Below, piece by piece: positions 40,001 through 55,000 of a DNA stretch of 64,000 nucleotides. The DNA comes from an uncultured Elusimicrobia bacterium. Lineage in GTDB: Bacteria; Elusimicrobiota; Elusimicrobia; 2-02-FULL-39-32. The stretch lies in the NCBI GenBank assembly GCA_964523525.1, contig CAZFYO010000003.1, positions 164,147 through 228,146 of the forward strand, written 5' to 3'. How positions within the stretch are numbered: position 1 is the stretch's first letter; each line of letters begins with the position of its first letter. The notes below the pieces were generated by a model. The model had not been told where the DNA came from. It did no database searches and saw only the letters and a program-made list of their open reading frames with translations. Both the position numbers and the translations under genes were made by a program.

Positions 40001-43000
40001 GTTCCCGGCGGACGGCTCCATCGTCAACGGCTTAACCACGATTTCAGGAACGTCGGTGGACGGAAACACGAACTATCCCTCGACCGTGGGCACGGTCCGC
40101 ATCCTCGTGCGCCAGAACTCCAATATGCGTTGGTGGAACGAGGGCGGCAGCGTGTTTGATTCCCCGGTACCCATCGATATCACTCCGGCGTTCGGCGCTC
40201 CCAACTGGACCTATACCGGAATTTCGACCTCGAACCTCGCGCCGGACACGTCCTACTATGTCACCATCCGGGCGCAGGACCAGTCTTCGCCGGTCAACCT
40301 CACGAACTACTACATCTACAACGCGACCTTCACTTTTGATAACAGCGCGCCCAACGTCGCGATCGGCCAGCCCCAGCATAACTCCTTCTACAACGGCAGC
40401 GGCGTATTTACCGCCAGCGGCACCGCGGCGGACGTGGGACTGCGTCCCAGCATCAGCCGCACGGAAGTCGCGATCGCCTCGGGCACGGGCGAAGACACCT
40501 GGTGGAACGGAACCAATTTCCAGGGCGGCGCGACCTACTATATCGACGTCGCCACGGCCGGGGCGGGAACCTTGAATTGGCAGTATCTCGGCTTCACCTC
40601 CACGGGCATGGCGGTGACGGGGCGCAACTTCCTCATATACGCTCGCGCGATTGACGGAGCCGGCAACGTCAGCGCCGTCGCGGGTCCGCGGCGCTTCACC
40701 TACGACGCGGAACGTCCTACGGCCACCATCGTTTACCCGGCGGTCGCCCCCAACAATAAACTGACCCTTAGCAACATGACGATTTCCGGAACCGCGATGG
40801 ACGCGGTCGCGGGCCTGCGTACGGTGGAGGTGGCCTTCTCGTCCAATGTCGCCAATGACGCCGGCGGCTGGCTCTCGGGCGCCAATACCTTTACCAACAA
40901 CACTCCGATTTATTTCGCGACCGCCGCCTGGACCGGATCGGTCTGGCAGTCCACCGTCGCGCTGGCCGCCCAGGGCGCAATGGTGAACGGCAACAGCTAT
41001 AAAGTGAGCGTGCGCGCGACGGATGTGGGCGGCCTGATGCATATTACTTCGCGTACCATCGTTTACGATTCGGGCGTTCCCGTCAGCGGCACGGACATTC
41101 CCAAGAGCACGGACGCCTACGTGCGCTCGCTCAACACGATTTCGGGAACCGCGGCGGACCTCGCGCCCAACGCGGGAAATATCACCAACGTTCAGGTTGC
41201 GATCTCGACCGCGAGCGGCGGATCGTTCAGCAACTGGAACGGCAGCGCCTGGGACATCGCGGACGAGAACCTGCCTCTGACCTGGACCTGGTTCAGCGCG
41301 ACGCCGGTGAACTCTCCGTTCAACGACAACACGTCCGAGCCGTGGTACTCGACCAACTCCACGCCGACCTGGATCGCGGGCGTGACGTACCGCATCCACG
41401 TGAGCGCCGAAGACGACGGCGGCAACCGGCAGAAAGATCTTGTGGCCAACGTCTTCAAGACCACGTTCACTTTCGATAACATCAACGCGGTCTCCACGAT
41501 CACCGCGCCCGCGGCCCTGCAGTCCACCCAGACCCTCCGCTCGGTGGAAGGCACGATGTCGGACGCCATCAGCGGCATCCAGAAAGTGCAGATCGCCATC
41601 CGCCATCCGGACGACACCAATTTCTGGAACGGCAGCGCCTTTAATCCTTATGATGCGGTCACTTCCTGGAACGACGTGTCCGTCTTCACCTCCAGCTGGA
41701 TCTATACCAACATGCCGCAGTCGTACGTGGACCAGACGGTTTACCGCATATACGTGCGGGCGATTGACCGGGCCAACAACGTGCCGTCGGATCCCAATTT
41801 CAACACGACCGGCGTTCCCGTCCGAATCGACGTGACGTCGCCGACTTCCAGCGCGAACCGCGTGCACACCGGCCTCGGCGCGTTCGTTCTGACTTCGAAT
41901 TCAACGGCCTATATCAGCGTGGATATCTCCAGCATCAGCGGCGTGGCGTCGGACGGCGGCCTGGGATCGGGAGTTTCCGAAGTGAAGATCCGCGTGCGCC
42001 GGTCGGACGGAAACTATCTGAACAGCGTGCAGACGGGCTGGGACACCAACGCCAGCTCGGTGGATTTCCCGTTCTTCCCGACCACCGGCCTCACGGCCTG
42101 GTCGCGCGACCTGCTGAGCGCTAACTTCACGGACGGTTACCGCTATCAGTTGATCACCCGCTCGAAAGATTTCTCGAACCTGCAGAACGTGGAGACGATC
42201 CTGACGACCGCCGCGTTCGTCATTGACCGCACCACGCCCATCGCCTACGTGGCTTCGCCCGCGGGGTCGGGCAACAACCGCTTCTTCAACAATACTCTGG
42301 CCATCATCTCGGGAACCGTTTTTGAAGACAACACGGTGGGGGGCGGCGTCGCCTCAGGCCTGCGCCGCGTGGAAGTCGAGATCCGCGATGTGACGGGCGA
42401 CGCGGTCGGCAACGCCAAGCCCTACTGGGATTTCGAAGTCACCAACGGGACCTGGACCGCGGTCCAGACGTCCACTCCCGTAACGATTGTCTCCGCCGCG
42501 ACCGGCGTTTCCACCTGGACCCTGCCCTCGACGCTCTTCCCCTCCGAGTGGCAGCGCGACATGGGCGACAACCGCCTCTACGAAATCCGCGCCCGCGCCT
42601 ACGATTTTGCCGCGAACACGGACAGCTACCGCGTAAGCCTTTCGACGTTCGATATCACCGCGCCGACAGCGACGGTCCTTTTGCCCAACACCGATCCCTG
42701 GGTTCAGACTCTGCCCACGATCTCCGGTACGGCCACCGATCCCGTTTACGGGCGCATCGGCGTGCGCGGCGCCCGCATCGCCGTGCTGATGATTTCGGGA
42801 CCCAACGCGGGCCAGTGGTGGCAGGACGATTCGCTCGGAGCTCCGGGTTACGTCACTTCGGCGCAACCCATCTACTTTGACTCGGACGGATTCAACGAAG
42901 GATCGGGCGAGTGGGTCTATAAATCGACCCACCCCGCAATCTGGCAGACGAACGAGACTCACCGCATTTATGTGGCCGCAAAGGATAAAGCCGGAAACCT

Positions 43001-46000
43001 GCAATCGCCGACCACGACGCAATATCAATTCCTCTACTCCGCCCCGCCGGCCGCGGTGGGCCTGACGAAGCCGACCAACAACCGGAAGTACATCAGCCTC
43101 ACGTCCCTGGCCGGCACGGCCAACAACACCGTGACGGTGAAAACGGAAGTCCAGATCGAACGCAAGACGGACGGCGCGAAGTGGTCGGTGGCCGGATCCT
43201 CCTGGGGCGTCTACTCTTCCAGCTACAATACTGTCTGCGACAACGCGGCGGGTTGCGGCAACTGGAGCTTCAGCAGCGTGCCGAGCGACTGGCCGGTGCA
43301 CGGATCGTCCTATACGGTCACGATCCGCGGATCAAACTCGATTAACCAGACCAATTCCGAAAGCCGCGATTTTGCCTTTGATACCACTTCGAACGGCGGC
43401 ACCGGAAAACCTGTTTCCGTTTCCACCCAGCCGACAGCTCTCTTCGCCACCAGCATCTTCAACATCGCCGGCACGGCCGCCGACCAGTCCAATCTGGCGG
43501 GCGTGCAGAAGGTGGAAGTCAGCATCCAGCGCTATCGCAACACTTTGACCGAGGAAGACGATCCCAAGTATTACTGGAACGGATCGACCTGGACCAGCGC
43601 GGGTCAGCAGTACCTGAACGCCAGCCTTGTCCAGGCCGCGGCCAACCAGTGGAACTGGGTCTATTCGGTGCAGTTCTCGACCATGTTCGCCGAGGGCTAC
43701 GGCTACAAGATCTGGAGCAAAGTTACGGACAATGCCTATGACACCAACGACAACCTGGTCGGCAACTCGGATGAGCCGAGCCCCGCGGGCTTGTCTTTCA
43801 TCACTTACGACATTCAAAACTCTACGCCGGCCTGGACCAGCCTGAACCACGGGGACGTGCGCTCGGCCTTCTCGGTCACATCGGGCACGGTGCGCGATTC
43901 CGCGAACGCGGGCGCCGACCTCGCGCAGGCGGGCGGCAATCAAATCGGCCAGGTGCAGATCGCCATCAAAGCCGTCGACTCCTTCAACTGGGGCGCGGGC
44001 GCGTTCCTGACGCCGCGCTACTGGGACGGCACATCCTTCCCCGTGGGTGGAACGAACGAAAACTGGCTGCCCACGAACCTCTCGACCGGGGGTATCCTGG
44101 CGGGCGGAATTCTGACCAGCTCCTGGACGTATCCCGCGCAGGGTCTTTCGCTGCCCACGGTCGGAAACGGCGGATTCGTGGACGGCCGTATCTTCACGGT
44201 TTACGTCCGTTCGCTTGATAAGGCCGACAACAACTACACCGCTTTCACCGTCGGCTCGGCGTCGCACACGTTCACGGCCGACGTCACCGCGCCTTCCGCC
44301 CATTTCGTGACGCCCGTCAGCGGCCAGAAACTTCTGGCGCTGAACCCGATTTCCGGAACCGCGGCTGACCCGGTTCCCTCCGCGGGCGTTTCCGTGGCGG
44401 GCATCGGCCGGTCCAGCCTCTCGATCACTTACGTGCAGGGCTTGAACACGTTCTTCTGGACGGGTTCGGCCTGGCAGCAGGTCGTGGCCGATTCCGAGAC
44501 CTGGATCATCGGCGGGTCCACTCCCACGCCTCCTCCGGGCTTCGTGGACCTCTACACCACGAGCGCCACCTGGGAGCGTCCGGGCGTGACCTGGCTGACC
44601 GACAAGCTTTACACGATCCGCGCGCGCGCGAGCGACCGCGCCATACCCGACGCGAATACGGGCGGCATCGCCACCGTGGTCGTGACGATCGATACCACGA
44701 CGCCGGCGTCGGCGGTTGTTGCGCCTTCTGCTTCTCCGATCAGCTCGCTGACGGAAATCACGGGCACGGCCAACGCCGACCTCGCGGGGCTGGCCAACGT
44801 CCATATCACCGTGACGCGGTCGGGCGACAATTTCTACTGGACGGGTTCGAGCTGGTCGGTGAACGGCGCGACGCTGCCCGTGAATTTCGCGGGGACATCG
44901 GGTGATATCACCTGGTCCACGGATTCGCTCGCCACCGCGAACCTCGTGAGCGGAACCACGTACACGATCCGGGCCTACGCCACCGACCTCGTGACGCCCA
45001 GCGCCAACAGCCAGCTGCCGCCGGGACCGGCGAGCTACAAGAACACGCCGTCGTCGTTCAGCTTCCTGTTCGATAATACGCCGCCGTCGATTTCCATCTC
45101 GTCGCCCGTCAGCCAGGGCTTCTACGGGCCCCAGAAGACTTTGGCGAACGTCTCGGGCACGGCTCTGGACGCGCTGGTCGCGACGCGCAAAGTGGAGCTC
45201 GAAATTTACAATTTCAGCCGCGACCGTTACTGGGACGGCCACGGCTTCAACTTCGTTTCTTCCAGCTTCGTGCACCTGACAGGCAACCTGATCAGCTGGA
45301 CCACCGGCATGACCTGGATCACCAACTCGACCTACGGCGTGACGGCCCGCGCCTACGATTCGCTCAATAATTCCTCGACCACGGCCCGCATCAACTTCGT
45401 TTACGATTCCACGGTTCCCGTCGTGAGTCAGGTGATGAACCCCTGGCCGACCACGGGCTACTTCCGCATCCAGTCGCAGCTGAACACGATCTCGGGAACG
45501 GCGCACGACGATTTTGCGGGCATCCCGAACGCCAGCCTGAAGGACATCCGCGTGGCGATCCAGGACGTGGATGACGGCGACGGATTCCCCTGGTGGGACG
45601 GCTCGGCTTTCGCCGCGGCTTCCGCGGATTATCGTATGACCTCGTCCACGATCAGCCTTACGGGCAACGCCCCGTTCAGCTATCCCTTTGGTTCCGACGT
45701 GGTCCCCTCCTGGGCCGCGGGACACAAATACGACGTCCGCGTCCGCGCGACGGACCGTTCGGACAACGTGAGCGCAGTCTATTCCTCAACCTTCACGTTC
45801 GACACTTCTTCGCCCACCGTTTACATTCAGGATCCGAACGTCGCGACCGAGTCGAGCCTGTCCACCCTGTCGGGCACCGCGCTGGACGCCTCGGGCGGGC
45901 CGCAGAGCGGCTCTCTGCGCGTGGTGAAAGTCCGCGTGAAACGCAACTCGGGTACGCCCGGGTTCTGGGACATCAATTCGCAGGGCTTCACCCTGACCAC

Positions 46001-49000
46001 CCTGCTGGACGAAACGACGGGCTGGTTTGACGCCGACACCTCGGACGCTTATGCAAACTGGACCACGACGCAGGCCGCGGGCGCTAACGCTTTCATCAAC
46101 GCTTTCTCTTATTCCGTGCAGGCCATCGCCTATGACCGGGCGGGCTCTTCGTCGCCGATCAGCTTCTCGACGTTCACTTTCGACAGCGGCAAGCCTGCGT
46201 CGTTCGTGAGTTTCCCCGCGGACGGATCGTTCATCCGGTCGCTCAACACGGGCATCACCGGAACCGCGCAGGACCCGGGCGACATCTCGTCCATCACGCA
46301 GATCCGAATCGCGATCAAGCGTTTGGGCGGCGCGTCCGATTCGAACGGCGACCCGAACCGTTACTGGGACGGCGGCGCCACGGTCTTCTCCGCGGCCGGC
46401 AATCCCTATAATTTCAACGGACCGATTTCGCCCACCGGAGGACCGGTCTTCGACTGGATCTACGGCGTTGGCATCCTGCCCACCGCCAAGCTGACGAGCG
46501 GCGTGTCGTACTTCATCACCACGGAAGCCACCGACGCTTCCGGCCAGGTGGAAAACGATTACTATTCCGGCTCCTCGACTTTCACGTTCGACAACTCGTC
46601 GCCCGTCTCGGGCATGGTCCGCCCGCCCCTGGGCGGCATCGTGGTGACCAATCTTCCTTATTACAAGGCGATGACCGTCATTTCCGGAACCGCGGACGAC
46701 TACACGTTCCTGCCTTCCGACCGTCAGCTGAACTCGGGGCTCGTGGGCGGATCGGCCTTCACCCGGATTTCGATCCGGGACCTCACGCAGGGCGCGACCT
46801 ACTGGAACAACGCGAGCAGCATCTTCCAGGACGCGCCGGCCAATATCAGCGAATCCGGTTCGTTCTTTGACGTCACCTTTACGGGAGCCTCCTCCGGGAC
46901 CTGGAGCGCCAATGCCGGGGCGCTCAACAGCCAGATGGTTTCGGGACACACCTATATCGTCAAATCGTCCGCGTCGGACAACATCGGCAACGTCCAGTCC
47001 GGCGTCTACGTCAGCTCGTTCGTGTTCGACGCGAGCTCTCCGACCCTGGCGATCACCGCGCCGGTCGCGTTCCCCGCGGGCCAATACACGGGCCTCGCCC
47101 AGATCAACGGCACCACGCAGGACAATCCCATCGCGCCGCTGTCGCGCGTGGGCATGAGCTCCGTCACCCTGCAGATCCAGGACCTCACGCAGGGAACGAC
47201 TTATTGGAACGGCAACGCGTTCGTCGATTTCCCGACTTCGACGATTAACGTTACGGTTACGGGTCAAGGCACGAACCTCCCCTGGAGCTACGACACGACC
47301 GGCGTTCCCTGGGTGAGCGGCCGCTCTTACCGCATCCACACGCGCGCGGGAGATATGCTCGACAACCGCAGCTCCACCCAGACCGTGGACTTCCGTTTTG
47401 ACTTCACCGCGCCTCAGTCGGCCAGCACGAAGCCCGCCAACGGCGAGGGTTTCAACGCCACCACGAACATCCTGAGCCACCTGGCCGGAACCGCGATCGA
47501 TCTTCCAAATTATTCTTCGGCGCCGTTTAACTCCGGCATCTACAGAGTGCAGATCCAATTGTGGAAGGAAAAATCGGCTCCCAATAACGATGTTTACAAC
47601 GCGGGCACCGATGAAGCCTTCGACCCTGTGCAGGTATCGTCATTCGCGGCCGGCAATTCCCTGCAGTGGATCGACATCTCCAACGTGTCTCCCGTGTTCA
47701 CGTCCTCGCCTTCCTCCATCAACTGGTATTACCCCGTGAGCGACGCGGCGTTCGCCAGCGGCGAAAGCTACCGCCTGAAAGTCCATACGCTGGACTGGCT
47801 GCGGAACGAAGAATCCACTCCGGCGCTGGTGGCCTCCAATTTTGTCCGGTTCTCCAAAGACGCGGCGCCGCCCGTTTCCTACGTGCAGTATCCCGCGGAA
47901 GGGCAGTCCTACATCAACCCGACCGTGATCTCGGGAACCAGCGCCGACGTGACGTCGGCCATCCGCCGCGTGCAGATCCGTATCCGCCGGCAGAACACGC
48001 CGAGCGACCTCTACTGGGAAGGTTCGGCCACGCAGTGGCAGAACAATCCTTCGACCTGGGTGACGACGTCTCACTTCAACGTTTGGGTGACGTCGGTGGA
48101 CTGGCAGTATCAGGACGTGCCGGCGACGTGGCCCAGCGGAACGACGTACTACGTCAACGTGCGCTCTGAAGATACAGCCGACAACGTGGAAACTGCGTTC
48201 ACGACCCGCACGTTCACGATCGATAACGTCGCGCCGCAGGTTTACATCCAGAAACCTCTGAACAATTCCGGTTTCGCCCCGCTCAACCCGCTCAGCACGA
48301 TTTCCGGTACGGCTTCCGACGACCTGGCCGGCGTTAACCGCGTTTACGTCCAGATCAAGGACCTGACGCCGGGCGCCTCCTGGTTCAACGGCACCGACTT
48401 TACGGCCGCCAACCCCCCCGAGATCGGCTCGGTGCAGGCTTCCTGGCTGACGGCCTCGAACACGTTCTGGTATTTCAATACGCCGGTTCCCTATCAGTCG
48501 GGCCGCTACTACCGCGTGGTCGCGAAGGGTTACGATAACGCCGGCAACGCCATGGCGGGAGCGGACTTCGTGGTGGGGCAGACTTCTAACACGTTCTCGT
48601 ACGATTCGTCCAGCGCGACCGCGTACCTCGCGTCGCCGGCCGACAACCGCTCTTACAACGCGGCCACGCTTCCTAATATAACCGGCACCGCGTCCGACGA
48701 CTTCTCGGGAGTGCAGAACGTTTTGCTCCAGGTGCGCGACATCACCCAGGGCACGACCTACTGGAACGGCGTGTCGTTCGTGAATTCGGTGCAGACGATC
48801 GAGCTCGCGGTCCAGGGATCGAGCCAGCCTCTGCCCGCGCTTTCGACCTACAGCTATAACACCGCGTCGCTTGCGTCGGCGATGATCACCGGTCACCGCT
48901 ACACGATCAACGTGCGCGGCCGCGATGTGGCGCAGAACGTGCAGAACGCGTCGCTCTCGCCCACTTACACGGTTCTGTTCGATACCGAGCCGCCGACCGG

Positions 49001-52000
49001 TTACTTCACGAAGCCCGATTCCGCGTTCCACAGCGCGGCGAACCCCCTCGACTTCCTGGTGGGAACTTCGACCGATACGCCCAACGATATTCTGGCGGCG
49101 CCCGCTACTGCCGAGATCCGTATCCGCCGCAACCCGCCCGGCACCGAATATTGGGACGGGTTGGGCTGGACTTCCACAGCCAACACCTGGCTTTCTAGCG
49201 CGCCCGCCCTGTCGTGGAGCCTGGCGAAGCCCACTCCCGACTGGGAAGACGACACCCAATACCGCGTCGAAGTGCGCGTCCGCGACAGCGCCGGCAATCT
49301 CGGACCCTCGACCACGTTCCAGATCTCCGGAAGCCTGTTCTTTACTTACGATTCGGGACTGCCCGCGGCGGGAATCGGAACGCCCGTCCTGCCCAACATC
49401 AATTCTCTGACGCAGATCACCGGGACGGCGCAGGACCCCAACGGCCCGAACGGATCGGTGGATAAATCGCTCATCCACTCCGTGAAGATCGCGGTTCAGG
49501 ACCGCAACAGCCTGAACTGGTGGAACGGCACGCTGATCAACATCGACAATCCGACGTTCACCGGCGCGGGCGGTTTCAGCGCGGAACCGGCGGCGTTCTG
49601 GATCGCGATGGCGACCACGACCGAAACCCAGGGCGGCGGCGCGATTTCCTGGAGCACCGCAAGCCCCAGCCTGCCGCTCGTCGCGGGCTCAACCTACACG
49701 GTTTACGTGCGGGCCAAAGACAACGCTTTGAACTTCAATACGCCCATCAGCTCCGTGACGTTCCGCTATGACAACACCACGCCCGCGTCGCGCTCCACGG
49801 CCCCTGCGGACGGATCGGTGGTCTCCGCGGTGCCCGCGATCGCCGGAACCGCGGCCGACAGCGGCAGCGTTTCTCTCGTCACGCAGGTCGGCGTTTCCAT
49901 CGGAGCCCTCTTCGGCGCCGCCACCCGCTACTATCAGCAGGGCGTGGGCTTCGTCCCCGGATCGACCGAATACTTCAACCCCGCGGTCATTGCGGGCGGC
50001 GCGAACTGGACTTATAACGACGGATTGCTGACGTACGAAGCGGGACGCCGCTACATCGTCCGCTCGCAGGCGCGCGACATCGCAGGCAACCAGGAAGATT
50101 TCAGCGCGGTCACGCCGGCATCGTTCCTCTTTGATAACTTCAAACCCACCGCGGCGGTGACGTCGGTGAACAACGGCGACTACATCGCGGCGGCCGCGTT
50201 GACGATTTCCGGCGGCGCCAGCGACAGCGCGTTCACTCAACCCGTGTCCTCGGCCTCGGGCCTGGCGGAGCTGACCGACGGCGGCGTGCAGGTCCGCATC
50301 CAGGACCTGAGCGGCGGTAACCCCACGAGCGGCAGATGGTGGGCGTTCGAAAGCGATTTCTCGGGCAACGACGCGTCGGCCGCATGGATCAACGCCCTCA
50401 CTGGAACGCCCGCTTCCTGGACCCTGACCGATACGGTCATCAATACCAAGCTGGCATCGGGCCGCCCCTATATGATTCAGGTCCGGGCGAAAGACAAAGC
50501 GTCGCCCGCGAACGTGGGCCCGAGCTCGAACGGGACCGATTCCAACTTCATCGGCGTCGCGCACGATTCCAAGACCTTCATCTATGACCCCGACGCGCCC
50601 ACTTCCTACGTGCAGTTCCCGCCCGTGACGACCGTGCGGAAACTGAACGCGGCGGGTATCACCCAGATTTCCGGAACCGCGTCGGACGCCCTGAGCGGCG
50701 TTCCCGCCAACCCCGCCAATATCGAGGTTTCCATGCAGGAAGTCTCGCCCAACACCGCTTACTGGAACGGCGCGGCGACCTTCACCGCGACTTCGGAAAC
50801 TTATTACGCGGTCGATTCCATGTCGGGCATCAACGGGACCTGGACCCGCAGCTCGCTCCCCACGTTCCAGAACGGGACCACGTACCGCATCCGGGTGCGC
50901 GCGCGCGACGCGGCCCTTCCGACCGGAAACCTGCAGACCACGAATTTCTCGACCTCGGTCTTCATCTACGATACTCAGCTGCCGACGTCCACGGTCACCA
51001 ACATCAACGAGAACCAGTTCGTGACGGGCTTCAGCAATCAGATCGTGGGAACCTCGGTGGACAATTTCGAAGTGCGCGGCGTCTCGGTCACGATTTCTTC
51101 CGGACCCACTTCCTGGTGGAACCCCGTCAGCGAGAAATTCGATTCGCCTTCCGCGATCTATCAGCATGCGGTTGCCACCGGCCCCTGGACCTGGGTCTTC
51201 TTCTCAACGAATCTCGCCAGCGGCTACACGTACCGCATCTACTCGTTCGCCACCGACGGCGCCGGCAACACGAACATCACCCGGATTTCAACCCGCACCT
51301 TTGTCTTCGACTCGGGCGTTCCCGATTCATACGTCACCTATCCTCCCGACGGATCCTTCATCGGCGCCAGCAAGCTGACGCGGATCGTGGGTACCTCGAT
51401 GGATCCGCCCTCGGGCGGCGCGCCGGCCAACGTAAAGGTTTACCTCTGGGAAGACGTGGGAGCGGTGGGAACGAAAGAAACCGGCGTGGACCGTTGGTGG
51501 GATGGAACGACCTGGCAGACCAGCGAAACGCCCGTCGCGACCAACGCAACGATCACCAACGCGCCCAACCCCGGCGACTGGGAGCTCACGGCAGACCTTC
51601 CGCCGACGCTTTCCGCGGCGGAGAACGGACGCCGCTACAAGATTTACTCGCAGGCGCTGGACGCCGCGCTCAATACCGAAAACGTTTCGTTGGGCGACGT
51701 CCTGTTCCGCTACGACGAGATCGTCCCGAACGCCGGAATCGTGGTGCCCGCGGGCGGCAGCCTCTATTACAACGGACTGCCCACAATCTCGGGTACCGCG
51801 CAGGACACGCTGAATATCTCGTCGGTGCAGGTGCGCATCGAGGGCCAGGGTATCGGGTTCTGGGACGGCGTCGCGTTCGGCGGGGACAACACGAACTGGC
51901 GGATGGCGGTCGGAACCACGGCCACCAACAACACCATCACCTGGACTTATACGTCGCCGGATTGGGCGGCCAACGGCAACATCCCCTATTTCGTGGAAGC

Positions 52001-55000
52001 GCGCGCCTTCGACGTCGCCGGCAACACCCGCACGCTTTCGGCCAACACCTTCACCTTTGACAACCAGCGGCCGGTTTCCGTCACCAGCTATCCTGTCACC
52101 AGTGATTTGAGATTCTCTTCGATGAACGCCATTGCCGGAACGGCCAACGATCCGGGCTCGTTCCGCAGCGGCATCAAGAACGTGCGCATTATGATCCGCC
52201 GCTCGCTGGACGGCAACTATTGGAGCGTGGGCGATTCCGACTGGACCATCAGCACCGATCCCGATTTCAACATCTCGCCGACCCAGACGCTGCACACTTC
52301 GAGCGCGGTCTGGGTTTACTCGCACCCGAATTTCGTCGACAAAACGGCGTGGCTGCCGTCGGGCCAGACGTTCTACATCTACGTCCGTTCCGAAGACAAC
52401 AGCCGCTATCAGGACTTCTCCACGATGACGCTGCGCGAATTGAACTTCTCCACCCGCACGTTCGTCTTCGACAACGTCGCGCCCGTCTCGCGGCTCTATC
52501 TGCCGGCCGACAAGCGCGCCTACAAAGCGGCGTCCTTCACAAATATTTCGGGTACCGCGACCGACGCCACGAGCCCCATTTCCACCAACGCCATCAAGAT
52601 GTCCCTGAAAGTGGAGGACGATCCCATCGGCCAGAGATACTGGGATGAAAACGGATCGACCTTCACGTTCACGACCGAAACCTGGTGGCAGGCGGGAACG
52701 TTCATGAATTCCACCTGGACGTATCTCGGCTTCGCGACTTCCAAACTCGAAAACGGGCGCCACTACGTGTTCCGGTCCACCGCGGCCGACGTGGTCGGCA
52801 ACACGGAGTCGCCCAGCGCCCAGTCCCGCTTCCTTTACGATACCATTGACCCTCAATCGGCTCTCGTAGCGGGGGACAATACGACGCCCGATCCCGCCAA
52901 CGCGGCAGATCTGGCCTTCGGCACCGATCTCGTCGTCCAGGGCCGCGCGAACGACCCCGGTTTCGTGGACAGCTCGGAGCCTGACCGCGACGATATCGAG
53001 GGAACGGGTTCCGGCGTCGGCCAGCCTCCGACGTCCGACTCGGCCTGGCATACCGGCCGGTTACAGATTTTGATCCTGCGCGACGTGGGCGGAATCCCCG
53101 TGGGCGCGGAGCCGGTGCTCTATTCGGATCCGGGCAAAGGCGAAGCGGGCGATTTCTACTGGAACGGATCGACCTGGGTGGCAGCGACGGGCGGAGAACA
53201 GTGGCAGGACATGACGTACATTGCGGGCGCCGTCACCTCGACCTGGAGATACGACGACATCGCCAACACCAACATCGGCATCCCCGGCCAGACCAGTGCC
53301 TGGTGGAAAGGCGATCAGTACGTGGCCTGGACGCGCGCCATCGATAACGCGGGCAACACCCAGGGCTCGGCGAGCTCCATCGCCTCTGGAGCGAAGTTCA
53401 CGATTTCCAATAACGTCGACCACTTCCACGTGACGGGCCTTCCCGCCTCGCTCGAAGCGGGCGCCGACCAGGGCATGACCATCACCGCGCATGACTCCGA
53501 CCACGCAGTCGCTTCGAACTTCAACGGCCTCATCAATTTCTACGTAGACGGCAATCCGGGCGGACCCGAATCGATGCGCGCGTCGGTCGGCGCGCCGGGC
53601 GACGATCTCGGACTGCCCGCCCAGCAGAGCATGACCAACGGTCTTCTGACTTTGGCCGACAATCTCGGCATGCGGCTACGCAAGGCCGCGACGGGCCGCT
53701 TCGTCCGCGTCGAGACCAACAGCCCAGTGGGCGGCAGCATCCGGTCCGGCAACTCGGCCACGTTTGACGTCACCGAAAACGTTTCCGTTTCTCCCGCGCC
53801 GCGTGTTATGGTGCTCCTGGGCGGCCAGCAGTATGCGCCGGGCAAAACCTCGGCGCCCGAAGGCCGCGTGAACAATTCCACTCCGACGTACCGCACCGCG
53901 GGCGACACCCTGCAGATCACGCTCCGCGCGGTGGACAAATACTGGAACACGCTGGTTTCGTCGAACCCTCAGGTGGCGCTCACCATCACAGATCCCTTCG
54001 TGGCGAACGTCAGCTCCGCGAACCCTCAGCTTTCATTTGGTTCCGCCACGGTGACCGCGGAAGTCCGCACGGTCGGCAACTGGGCCGTGAACGCGCAGGG
54101 CGCGGGACTCTACACCAACAACGCCAACCCCTCATCCGATTTCGAAGTGAAGCCGGGCGCGGCGACGCGCCTCCTGGCCCGGTTCCCCGGCGAATCGCGC
54201 CAGGAAGGAAAGACATCGGCGCCCGCCGGCAAGAGCGGCACGCCCACTGCGTTGCAGGCCGGCACCACCATCACCATCACGGTGCATGGCGTGGACTCCT
54301 ACTACAACACCGACCCCACGTCCAACATGCAGATCATTGTGGAGACGCCGTTCGACAATGCGGATACCGAGCCTGCGCCGCGCAACCTGGTCAACGGCAC
54401 CACGCATTTTGACATCACATACCTGACCGCGGGAACCCAGACCGTTAAAATCCGCACCACCGCGATCGCGGGGGCAAACTCCACGTACATCACGCCAAAC
54501 CCCGTCACGGTTTACCCCGACGGCGAACAGCATCTCCTGATCCTGATGCCCGGCGAAACTCGCATCTCGACCCGCACCGCCCCGGGCAAAACCGGCGCCG
54601 CCACCGCGCTCACCGCCGGCACGACGTACGGCGCGACCGTGCACCTCGTGGACCGATTCTTCAACGTGGTGGACTCGACCAACGACTTCAACACGGACGT
54701 GGTCTGGCCGACCGTGAAAGTCACGCTCTCCGATCCGTTCGATCAGGCTTGGGGCTATGAGCCCGCGGCCGGCAACATCGGGCCGCCGTTCAACGGCACG
54801 CGCGTCTTCCAGGTGCGCCCCGTCACAAAGAACCTGCTCAGCAACGCGACCGCGCATGCGTCGGACGACAATTTCGAAAGCCTCTACACCAACGACACGT
54901 CCAGCGGCATCCGCGTGAATCCGGGCTCGGCGACCCGCCTGCAGACCGTCGTGCTCGGCGAAACGCCCGTGGAAGGCTCCAATTTTGCGAACGGCAAGCA

